A stretch of DNA of 64,000 nt. Source: Myxococcota bacterium (GTDB taxonomy: Bacteria > Myxococcota > UBA4151). Every line of letters starts with the position of its first letter. Position 1 is the first letter of the stretch. This document shows positions 44,434-52,669 of this stretch, in pieces. The notes beneath the pieces were generated by a model. The model saw only the letters and a program-made list of their open reading frames with translations. It was not told where the DNA came from and did not search any database. Made by a program: the position numbers and the translations under genes. The DNA is taken from assembly GCA_040260805.1 (NCBI GenBank), contig JBDQPD010000001.1:1-64000 (forward strand), given 5' to 3'.

Positions 44434-45278
44434 GGACGATCTCCGTCTGCGGCTGATGAAGACTCTACATCGGCTGGCTTGGTCTTTCCAGCGCCTGGCG
44501 ATGCAGCGCGAATCCAGCGTAGCGCTCGAGCCCGCACTTTAGCTTCTCGATCCGTCTTTGGCTTGATCTTTTCAAGGCGCGCCAGGTGAGCGTTTGTCCC
44601 GACATGACCCAGCCCTATCCATAAGGTGATGCGTCTCGTTTGTGGGGCATCGTTTGCTTCGAGTGACCGGGCCCAGTCGTCTACGCGCAGGGTGCTACCC
44701 TCCCGGATGAGTCGCTCCATTTTGCTGTGTGGTGTTGGTCGTTGAGCGGGGGCGTTTAGAGCGGCCTCGATCGCAGCGCTAACTAAAGCGGGTAAGGTCC
44801 GGATCAAAGCCTGGTTATCGGCCTGCCTGGCCAGTTTGAGTTCGGCACGGCCTTCCATCGCCCGAAGCGTTGTGGTTCGATCGTTTCCTACGACTTCGAC
44901 GACGACTCGACATGCGCATGATGGGCTCGAGCCACCCCGGCAGCCGACGATCACACCCTGCAAACGTAAGCTGATGATACCCATTTGGCGCTTGGGCTTG
45001 AGTTGAGCATCAATCACCGAACGGAGCTCTTTTTGGGTCGCCTGGTCGTCGAGATCTTGGATGGCGATTTGACCTTCGAAGGGCTCCCATTGGTGAGGGC
45101 TAGGGAGGGCTGTTGCGCCTCGCTGAAAGAGGAGGCGCCCGGCTTGGTTAGGGGTCGTACAGGCACCGAGAAGGAAAACGATGCTGATTCGAGCTAGACT
45201 CGACCGCCGAGCGCGCCGATGCCCGGTGAGATCGCTCGCGCTTCGCGAGGCTGGGGAGCTGATGGTCCGTACATTCAT
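44430..45278 (-). CDS. Hypothetical (lipo)protein
   Basis: 282-aa ORF with LLGAC after a hydrophobic stretch. Overlaps the next gene by 4 nt. Start uncertain. Confidence 0.55.
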   Translation of the reverse strand: MNVRTISSPASRSASDLTGHRRARRSSLARISIVFLLGACTTPNQAGRLLFQRGATALPSPHQWEPFEGQIAIQDLDDQATQKELRSVIDAQLKPKRQMGIISLRLQGVIVGCRGGSSPSCACRVVVEVVGNDRTTTLRAMEGRAELKLARQADNQALIRTLPALVSAAIEAALNAPAQRPTPHSKMERLIREGSTLRVDDWARSLEANDAPQTRRITLWIGLGHVGTNAHLARLEKIKPKTDREAKVRARALRWIRAASPGAGKTKPADVESSSAADGDRP

Positions 45279-46194
45279 GACGAGTGTCCTGATCCTCTCA
45301 GCGGCATCACCGACATTAGCTGGCGACTATCCGATCCTGCGTGATCGCAGCAAGTACGGCTCGATGCCGCACGACCAAGTCGACGCCACCATTCGTGATA
45401 TTGCACGTTTCCGCCACCTTCGTCGCCGAGTGCTCAGCCACAGCTCGCTGATGCTCGGCGCCAATTATCGGCCCGACCCACTCGGTGAGGGTCAGCAGGG
45501 TCGCGTGGACTCTGACCCACGCTTTCAGCTGGCTCCGGTCGACTGCGTGACCTTCGTCGAGTCGACCTTAGCCATGGCGCTAGCTGGCGACCTGGACCAA
45601 GCAAAGCGATGGATGGACCGGCTGCGGTACTCGGGTACTAAGGTCGGCTTTGCTCGTCGTAATCACTTTATGCTCGCCAACTGGCTGCCGCATTTAAAGC
45701 GCCACCGGGTGCTGCGCGACATCACCCGCACGATCGGTGAAGGTGACACCCTCGTTCATGACTACGATAAGGTGAATTGGTCGCAGATCGCGCCGAGGTT
45801 TTTACCCGCTAACTTTGACTCGATGCATCCACCGAAAGGTCGTGTCGAGCTGCCTTTGGTCAACTTGGACACACTCGAAGCCAACCTAAAGGCTGTGCCG
45901 AATGGAACGATTTTGCTGCTGGTCCGCGTGGAGCGACCGCGGATTCCTGTGCGCATCTCCCATCTGGGCTTCGTGATTCACCACAAGAGCGGTCGGACGA
46001 TTTTTCGTCACGCCAGCCAAGAGGGCTGGGGTCGTGTCGTTGATGAGGATTTGATCCGCTACCTTCGAAGGCTCGATAACCGCAGCAAGTGGGCTATTCA
46101 GGGGGTTAGTTTGCAGCTTCCTAGGCACCCAAAGACGCTCCCGGGGACCTTGCTTGAACCCGATCAGATTGCGCTAAAAGGCTGGTTGCCTTAG
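45262..46194 (+). CDS. DUF1460 / NlpC-P60-related N-acetylmuramoyl-L-alanine amidase-like protein
   Basis: DCVTFVE (catalytic Cys), RRNHF, ISHLGF (His), RHAS, signal peptide. Start moved to ATG 45262 (GGGGAG RBS). Confidence 0.85.
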   Translation: MVRTFMTSVLILSAASPTLAGDYPILRDRSKYGSMPHDQVDATIRDIARFRHLRRRVLSHSSLMLGANYRPDPLGEGQQGRVDSDPRFQLAPVDCVTFVESTLAMALAGDLDQAKRWMDRLRYSGTKVGFARRNHFMLANWLPHLKRHRVLRDITRTIGEGDTLVHDYDKVNWSQIAPRFLPANFDSMHPPKGRVELPLVNLDTLEANLKAVPNGTILLLVRVERPRIPVRISHLGFVIHHKSGRTIFRHASQEGWGRVVDEDLIRYLRRLDNRSKWAIQGVSLQLPRHPKTLPGTLLEPDQIALKGWLP

Positions 46195-46267
46195 TGCATC
46201 GACACGCTAACCGATTGCGACAGACCAGCGCTCATGGCAGCGTGTCGCTACGCTTTGGAGACGATCT

Positions 46268-47371
46268 ATGTCCCGCCTTCCTTTGATCTATCTTTCCGCT
46301 CTGGTGGTCGCGACCACTGGCTGTCCAGATGATGACCAGTTTGGTCGCCTGAATTTTGACGCGGGCCCGCCCGCTGACGCCGGCCCGGCGCCGAACGATC
46401 TCCCGATCAATGTGGGCGACCCGTTCACCTATCAAGGGATTTCGCGCACGCCGAATGGATGCGTTGGCGGGTTCATCGACGCTCAATGCGAAGAGCAGGG
46501 TAGCTGGTATCTGAACATGACGGTGACCGATAAGGTCCCGGATAAAGCCAGCAACGTGACCAGTGGAAGCTCGTGCGCGTCCGGTCAGACCCTAGTCGAG
46601 CCGACCCAGGATCGGTGCGCAACGTGCCCCAGCGATGATATTCCGACCTTGCTCAACGGCGCGCCGGACGCCGATGGAGTCGCAGGCGATCCTCAAGTGT
46701 ACTGCATCCCAGCTCGCGGCTGGGACAACGTGTACAACCTGCGCGCGATGAGCGACTACAGCATGTCGGTTGAGCACCCTGCGCCGCCCAATCTTGGTAG
46801 TTCTTGGCTGTACAACCTAGCACCTTGGGATGAATCGCAGATTGCTCCCTTCGCTGGTGAGAAGAGTTTTCGCACGAACGTCGCCATGCTGCCCCGCTCA
46901 TCGAAGACGCCGTTTCCTTGGGCGCTGGACCTGAGCAAATGGGATGTTGTGTCTCAAGAGTTTGTTGATCGTATCCTCGAGGTTGATCCGGACGCAGACA
47001 TTCAGCGACCCGAGGGTGGGGCGTACATGAAAGCGCTGATGAACTATGATCTCAACGGCGTTGCGACGCGCCACACCATCGAGGTTTTGTATCATGAGCG
47101 CGGCTACCTTTGTAAGTTCAACGAGGAGCTTGGCGCACCAGCCCCGGGTTCAGACCGACGTATTCGAAATGGTGAAACCGGCGGTATGAACGTCTTGATC
47201 CAACTCAAAAAAGATCCCGATACGGCGCTGGGTGTAAACACAGTTGATGGTGAGGCGACTTGCGTCTCGGATGGTGATTGCCCCGACCGGTTTAGCTGCC
47301 GCGGCGAGCCGAAGCGCTGCCGTCGCTTGATGCCACGCTGTTGCATCCCTGGCGTCGGAGGCTGTCGCTAG
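46268..47371 (+). CDS. Hypothetical lipoprotein with Cys clusters
   Basis: Lipobox TTGC, DAGPPADAGP linker, C-terminal CVSDGDC..C...C....CC....C. Confidence 0.75.
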   Translation: MSRLPLIYLSALVVATTGCPDDDQFGRLNFDAGPPADAGPAPNDLPINVGDPFTYQGISRTPNGCVGGFIDAQCEEQGSWYLNMTVTDKVPDKASNVTSGSSCASGQTLVEPTQDRCATCPSDDIPTLLNGAPDADGVAGDPQVYCIPARGWDNVYNLRAMSDYSMSVEHPAPPNLGSSWLYNLAPWDESQIAPFAGEKSFRTNVAMLPRSSKTPFPWALDLSKWDVVSQEFVDRILEVDPDADIQRPEGGAYMKALMNYDLNGVATRHTIEVLYHERGYLCKFNEELGAPAPGSDRRIRNGETGGMNVLIQLKKDPDTALGVNTVDGEATCVSDGDCPDRFSCRGEPKRCRRLMPRCCIPGVGGCR

Positions 47372-47374
47372 AGA

Positions 47375-48067
47375 GTGACTGAGCTTGCGATTAACAGCTG
47401 GGCTGGTGGTCAGGTTGCGATCGACGCATGGCGGTCGGTCAGTTTTGACCTAGACGGAACTTTTGCCGACACGTCGACGGACTTAGCGGCTGCACTAAAC
47501 GCGCTGCGTGTAGAGCTCGATCAGGCGCCTTTACCGACGCCGGATGTTGCTCGTTTCGTGGGGCGCGGCGCCCGTTGGTTGGTCGCCAATTGCATCGATG
47601 GAATCGATGATGTCGCCGTTGACGGGCATGTACAGCGGTTCTTGAGCCACTATGAGCAGTGTTGCTGCGATACCACTGCGCCTTACGAAGGGCTTGAAGA
47701 CCTCGTGCGTCGGTTGCGCGCTGCGGGTGTGGTGGTTTCGATCGCCACCAACAAACCGCGCCGCTTCACCGAGGCGATCATCGACGGTCTCGAGTGGGGC
47801 GATTGGTTCGATTCGGTGCATTGCGGCGATGATGGCCCTTCGAAGCCTGACCCAGCGATGATCTTTGCGGCGATCGAAGCGGCACAGACCGCACCAGAGC
47901 ACCACCTTCACATCGGCGATACGCCGACTGATGCTCGCGCGGCTGCGAACGCCCGATGTCATTTTACCCCCGTCGCTTGGGGAATGGACGCAGGCAAAGC
48001 TTTGGCTGAGATGGGCCTGCCCGGGTTTGATGATTCGAGCGATTTGATCGCGGCTTGGGTCGGGTGA
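47375..48067 (+). CDS. HAD phosphatase (phosphoglycolate phosphatase-like)
   Basis: FDLDGT..DT, ATNKP, KPDP, IGD...D. Confidence 0.88.
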   Translation: MTELAINSWAGGQVAIDAWRSVSFDLDGTFADTSTDLAAALNALRVELDQAPLPTPDVARFVGRGARWLVANCIDGIDDVAVDGHVQRFLSHYEQCCCDTTAPYEGLEDLVRRLRAAGVVVSIATNKPRRFTEAIIDGLEWGDWFDSVHCGDDGPSKPDPAMIFAAIEAAQTAPEHHLHIGDTPTDARAAANARCHFTPVAWGMDAGKALAEMGLPGFDDSSDLIAAWVG

Positions 48068-49101
48068 GCAGCGTGCGCGTCGCGGTCATTGGCGCTTCGG
48101 GGTACACCGGCGCTGAGATGCTTCGATTGATCGATGGGCACCCTCATTTAGAGCGAGCGGGCGTTTTTGCCTCGAGCAGTGCGGGCGATCATCTCTCGTC
48201 GCATTATCCAAGCTTGGATCGCTCGGGCGCTGAGCTTCTTGAGCGATTAGATGTTTCGGCTTTGGTTGAGCGCGCCGATTGGGCTGTTTTGGGTTTGCCT
48301 CATGGCACCAGCGCTGAGCTCGCCGATCAACTTCTTGAAGCCGGGCTTGGGGTCGTTGACCTGAGCGCTTCGTTTCGTTTGCCCGCAGATCTTTATGCGA
48401 CTCATTACGGTGATCACCCCTGTCCCGAGCGGATCGGGCAGGCTGTTTACGGTTTGCCTGAGCTGCATCGGCAAGAGCTAGCTGGTGCGCGGCTGATCGC
48501 TGGACCTGGGTGCTTTCCAACGGGTGTGACCTTGGCTTGTGTCTCACTTTATCAAGCGGGACTGGTCGCCGATGCGCCTTTGATCGCTGATTGCAAAACG
48601 GGAGTCACAGGTGCGGGCGCTAAAGCCAGCGCAGTGACGCATTTTGCGAATCTAGCGGATACGGTCACTCCGTATAAAGTTGAGGGTCATCGCCACGCCC
48701 CTGAGATCGCTTACAACTTGAGCGGCGCCGCGCCGGTGCGCGTGCGGTTCACCCCGCATTTGCTGCCGATAAGACGGGGCATCTTATCGACTTGTTATCT
48801 GCCTTTGATCCAAGGTGTTGAGGGTCAGACATTGGATCACACGCTCGATACATTTTGTGATTCGGAGCGTTTTGTTCATCGCTTACCCAAAGGTGTTCAG
48901 CCCAGCCTGGCTCGGGTCGCCGGGACCAACGAAGTCGAGATCCAGCTCGTTCACGATGAGGCTAACGGTCTAGCCGTCGTGACCAGCGCCATCGATAATC
49001 TGTGCAAAGGCAGCTCGGGAGGCGCCTTGCAGGCGCTCAATATTGCTTTGGGCTTTGACGAGGGCGCTGGGCTCGATCATTTGACGCCGGCTGTGCCCTA
49101 A
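48064..49101 (+). CDS. argC: N-acetyl-gamma-glutamyl-phosphate reductase
   Basis: IGASGYTG.E, DLSA.FR, YGLPE, PGCFPT, HRH.PEI, DNL.KG..G.A.Q..N. GTGA coupling to the upstream gene. Confidence 0.95.
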   Translation: MSSVRVAVIGASGYTGAEMLRLIDGHPHLERAGVFASSSAGDHLSSHYPSLDRSGAELLERLDVSALVERADWAVLGLPHGTSAELADQLLEAGLGVVDLSASFRLPADLYATHYGDHPCPERIGQAVYGLPELHRQELAGARLIAGPGCFPTGVTLACVSLYQAGLVADAPLIADCKTGVTGAGAKASAVTHFANLADTVTPYKVEGHRHAPEIAYNLSGAAPVRVRFTPHLLPIRRGILSTCYLPLIQGVEGQTLDHTLDTFCDSERFVHRLPKGVQPSLARVAGTNEVEIQLVHDEANGLAVVTSAIDNLCKGSSGGALQALNIALGFDEGAGLDHLTPAVP

Positions 49102-50273
49102 GCAGCGCCCGACTCAATGGCTTTGAGTCGTTGATGTAGGCACTCTGGAGTGATGGTTTCGAGCTCAAGTTCTGACTCGGGGTAACGGTACACATCGCCG
49201 AGGAAGTTGCGAAAGACTAAGCTGCCTTCCTCCATGCCGATGACGTAGTTCGGCGAGAGCGGGATTTTTCCGCCACCGCCCGGCGCGTCGACGACATAGT
49301 GGGGGCTCGCCATCCCAGACATGTGCCCCCGAAGCCCTTTGACGATCTCAAGACCAGTGGCAATCGAGGTTCTAAAATGGCTCGTCCCTTCCGCCAGATC
49401 GCACTGAAACATATAATACGGACGAACGCGCATCTGCAGCAAGCTGCGGTTGAGTGCTGAGACTTTTTCGACCGAATCATTAATCCCTTTCATCAGGACC
49501 ATCTGGTTGTTCATCGGTGTCCCTGATTGCGCCACGCGATCGCAGGCATCCCATGCCTCATCGGTGATCTCTTCAACGCAGTTGTAATGGGTGTTGAAGA
49601 AAATACTCAGATGCCGTGATTGGTAGTGCTTGAGCATCGCCGTGAACTCATCGTTGCAGCGCTGCGGCAGGGTCACCAAATTGCGCGACCCAAGACGGCA
49701 GTACTTGATGCTTGGTATGGCGCTGAGCTCTTCGAAGATCGTTGCGAGCCGTTTGTCCGCTAAACTGAGGGGGTCTCCGCCGCTAATCAACACATCATTA
49801 ACCTCTGGGTGGGCAGCTAAATAATCGAAGATCTCTCGGTATTCCCGTTTGCTCGTCATCGATTTGGGGTCGGCGACTTTACGTTTGCGTGTGCAAAACC
49901 GGCAGTACATCGCGCAGTTGTGGTTGGTGTAAAATAGAACGCGGTCTGGATAACGGTGGGTTAGCCCGGGAACCACCATGTTCGACTCTTCACCCAGCGG
50001 GTCTTCGAGCTCGAAATTTGAAATTTTAGTCTCACCCATCTTCGGCACGGCTTGCAGACGAATGGGGCAGTTTGGATCTTCAGGATCCATCAGCGAGGCG
50101 TAATAAGGGGTAATCCCCATGTGAAAGATGGGGTCGGTTAGACGAAAAGCCTCTCGCTCGTCTGGGGTGACATCAATCCACTCCTCAAGCTGCTCGAGAT
50201 TTCGGATGCGGTACTTTTGATGCCATCTCCAGTCGCTCCATTCCTCTTTGGTCCAAGTGACCCGCTTTTTCAT
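49098..50273 (-). CDS. kamA: Lysine 2,3-aminomutase (radical SAM + PLP, KamA family)
   Basis: HRYPDR, CAMYCRFC, SGGDPL, FQCDL, VVDAPGGGGKIP (PLP Lys). Confidence 0.88.
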   Translation of the reverse strand: MKKRVTWTKEEWSDWRWHQKYRIRNLEQLEEWIDVTPDEREAFRLTDPIFHMGITPYYASLMDPEDPNCPIRLQAVPKMGETKISNFELEDPLGEESNMVVPGLTHRYPDRVLFYTNHNCAMYCRFCTRKRKVADPKSMTSKREYREIFDYLAAHPEVNDVLISGGDPLSLADKRLATIFEELSAIPSIKYCRLGSRNLVTLPQRCNDEFTAMLKHYQSRHLSIFFNTHYNCVEEITDEAWDACDRVAQSGTPMNNQMVLMKGINDSVEKVSALNRSLLQMRVRPYYMFQCDLAEGTSHFRTSIATGLEIVKGLRGHMSGMASPHYVVDAPGGGGKIPLSPNYVIGMEEGSLVFRNFLGDVYRYPESELELETITPECLHQRLKAIESGAA

Positions 50274-50406
50274 GCGATCTCCAAAGTGATTCGGTGCGTT
50301 AGAAGCTCTGACAATCGCCCTGACTAAAGCTGCTGCGCTCTAAGTTTGTCATGCCATCCTAGCGCGAAGGCCGCTAGAGCAGTAGGTCCCAAGGTAAGGA
50401 AAGCTC

Positions 50407-51870
50407 ATGGAACCCATTCGACAAGCTGCGGTCGTGGTGCCGGTTTGTGATCACAAAGCGCTGATTCTTGAGCGCGCTGGTCACCTGCGTTTTCAGCCCG
50501 GTTTTCATTCCTTTCCCGGTGGCTTGATCGACCCAAGTGATCATCAACTAAATTTCGAGGGTCCGGGGCCGGCTGCTGCGCGCTGCGCAGCGGTGCGAGA
50601 GCTGCTCGAAGAAACCGGTCTGACGGGACCGGGTTCGTTCGGTCAAGATCCTGATAAAGTTAGAGAAAAACTCCTTGATGGAGACACCTCAACGATCTCA
50701 GATCTAATCCAAGGCGTTGACTGGAGCCGCTGGCGTTATTTGGGGGTTTGGACCACGCCTGAATACGCGAACATTCGCTTTGAGACGCACTTTTTTGCAT
50801 GCCGTTTTGATCGCCATGAGGTGCCGAAACCTAACCTCGAAGTAGCGAAGGCTTGGTGGATCGATCAAGCCGAAGCGCATGCTCAGTGGAGCGCTGGGGA
50901 CTTACCCGCTTCGCCGCCGGTGCTCGCCGCTCTTGATGCGGCGATCAACCCGGTCGAGCCGTTTGATCGACCGGGTTCGGCGCGGGATCTGCTCAGCGCC
51001 GGAGGCGCATCACGTTATCTTCCATTGGTCACCCCGACCTTGCCGCCTGCGACCCACACCAATTGCTCCTTCGTGGGTGGTGACGGCTGTCTTTACGTTG
51101 TGGATCCGGCGCCGGTCGATCCGGACGAGCGCGAGCTGCTCTGGAGCACGATCGAGACCTTAGCCGAACAAGGCGAACAGCTCAGCGGTGTGATTCTGAC
51201 TCACCTGCATCATGACCACCTCGGCGCGGCGTCTTGGTTAGCGGCGCGTGCTGATGTCCCCATTTTGGCGACCGCTCAAACCCAGCGTGACCTTCGCTTG
51301 GGTCTTGGCGCCGGGATCAGCGCTGGGGGAGGCGGCGCAGTGGGGCTACCCGAAGTGACTCAGCTACTCACTGAAGGCGACACCATACCAGGTGGTTGGT
51401 CGGTGATGCTGACGCCTGGCCACGCTAAAGGTCACCTGTGTTTATGGCACGCGCAGACTGGAACCTTGATCGCTGGTGATATGATCGCATCGGGTTCGAC
51501 GATCTTAGTCGAGCCTCAGCAAGGTGACCTTTCTGATTACCTAGCGAGCTTGGAGCGTTTAGCTGACTTGGATCCTCGCTTGATTGTTCCGGCGCATGGT
51601 CTGCCCATTGCCCAAGGGCGCATAGCCCTGGAGAAACTTCGAGATCATCGACTCGAGCGCGAGCGCAAAACGATGGCTGCCCTTCGAGCGCTTAATTCGG
51701 GGTTGATCGGTGAGTTGGTTGCCATCGCCTATGACGACACGCCCTCGTTTTTGTGGCCGCTTGCAGAGTTGAGTTTGCGAAGCCACCTCAACAAATTGGT
51801 CTGTGAAGGGCGCGCTTCTTTTGACGGCAAAGAGCGCTGGTCGGTTGACGAAAAGTGCGAATCAGAATAG
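50407..51870 (+). CDS. NUDIX hydrolase / metallo-beta-lactamase (LACTB2-like) fusion
   Basis: FPGG...AAVRELLEETG, THLHHDH, PGH..GH, AGD, PAHG, C-terminal winged-helix-like region. Confidence 0.88.
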   Translation: MEPIRQAAVVVPVCDHKALILERAGHLRFQPGFHSFPGGLIDPSDHQLNFEGPGPAAARCAAVRELLEETGLTGPGSFGQDPDKVREKLLDGDTSTISDLIQGVDWSRWRYLGVWTTPEYANIRFETHFFACRFDRHEVPKPNLEVAKAWWIDQAEAHAQWSAGDLPASPPVLAALDAAINPVEPFDRPGSARDLLSAGGASRYLPLVTPTLPPATHTNCSFVGGDGCLYVVDPAPVDPDERELLWSTIETLAEQGEQLSGVILTHLHHDHLGAASWLAARADVPILATAQTQRDLRLGLGAGISAGGGGAVGLPEVTQLLTEGDTIPGGWSVMLTPGHAKGHLCLWHAQTGTLIAGDMIASGSTILVEPQQGDLSDYLASLERLADLDPRLIVPAHGLPIAQGRIALEKLRDHRLERERKTMAALRALNSGLIGELVAIAYDDTPSFLWPLAELSLRSHLNKLVCEGRASFDGKERWSVDEKCESE

Positions 51871-51910
51871 CTGATTTGCCCGACCGTGCACCGGTCGGAA
51901 AAGTTTTTTT
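51857..51910 (+). other. Tandem hairpins plus T7 tract just upstream of kdsB (terminator or attenuator candidate)
   Basis: GCGAATCAG-aatag-CTGATTTGC, then CCGACCG-tgcac-CGGTCGG, then AAAAG-TTTTTTT. Confidence 0.4.
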
Positions 51911-51913
51911 ACC

Positions 51914-52669
51914 GTGACCATTATCGCTGCCATTCCTGCTCGTTTTGCCGCTGCCCGTTTGCCGGGTAAGCCGCTGCTCGACCTTGGCGGTCAACCGATC
52001 ATCGCTCATGTGGTCAAAGCGGCTCTAGCGACCCCAAGTATCGATCAGGTGATGGTGGCGACCGATCACCAAGGAATAGCTGATGCGGCGACCGCTGCCG
52101 GCGCTGATGTAGCGATGACCGATCCGGACTTACCCTCAGGCTCGGATCGAATAGGCGCCGCTTTGGCGGGGCTTGATTACGATCTAGCGCTCAACATTCA
52201 AGGCGATGAACCCGAGCTTGATCCAGCAGCGCTCGAGGCGCTCATCCATACGATGCGGTCGACCCCTCAAGCGCAGATCGGGACGCTGAGCGCGCCTCTA
52301 GGTACCGACCAGCTGCGAGACCCTCACGCGGTCAAGGTGGTCTGCGATCGGTACGGCTTTGCGTTGTATTTTAGCCGAGCAGCGCTCGGCGCGGATCGCG
52401 AGGCTTTGATTCAAGCGGATCCAAACCCGCGCAGCGCGGCGCGCCGGCATGTCGGTGTTTATGCCTATCGGCAGCACGCGCTCGAACAGTTTTTAGCCTG
52501 CGAGCCGTCGTCGCTTGAGCGTCTTGAGCGCCTCGAGCAGCTGCGAGCTCTCGAACTCGGTATGCGGATTGTTGTGGTTCCTGTGGACAAGGCTCCCCGA
52601 GGCATCGATACCCCAGAAGACTTATTGGCGGCTCGTCGTCGCTTTGGTGACCAAGAGGTAGACCCATGA
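51914..52669 (+). CDS. kdsB: CMP-Kdo synthetase
   Basis: [40 protein letters not shown]. Confidence 0.96.
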   Translation: MTIIAAIPARFAAARLPGKPLLDLGGQPIIAHVVKAALATPSIDQVMVATDHQGIADAATAAGADVAMTDPDLPSGSDRIGAALAGLDYDLALNIQGDEPELDPAALEALIHTMRSTPQAQIGTLSAPLGTDQLRDPHAVKVVCDRYGFALYFSRAALGADREALIQADPNPRSAARRHVGVYAYRQHALEQFLACEPSSLERLERLEQLRALELGMRIVVVPVDKAPRGIDTPEDLLAARRRFGDQEVDP

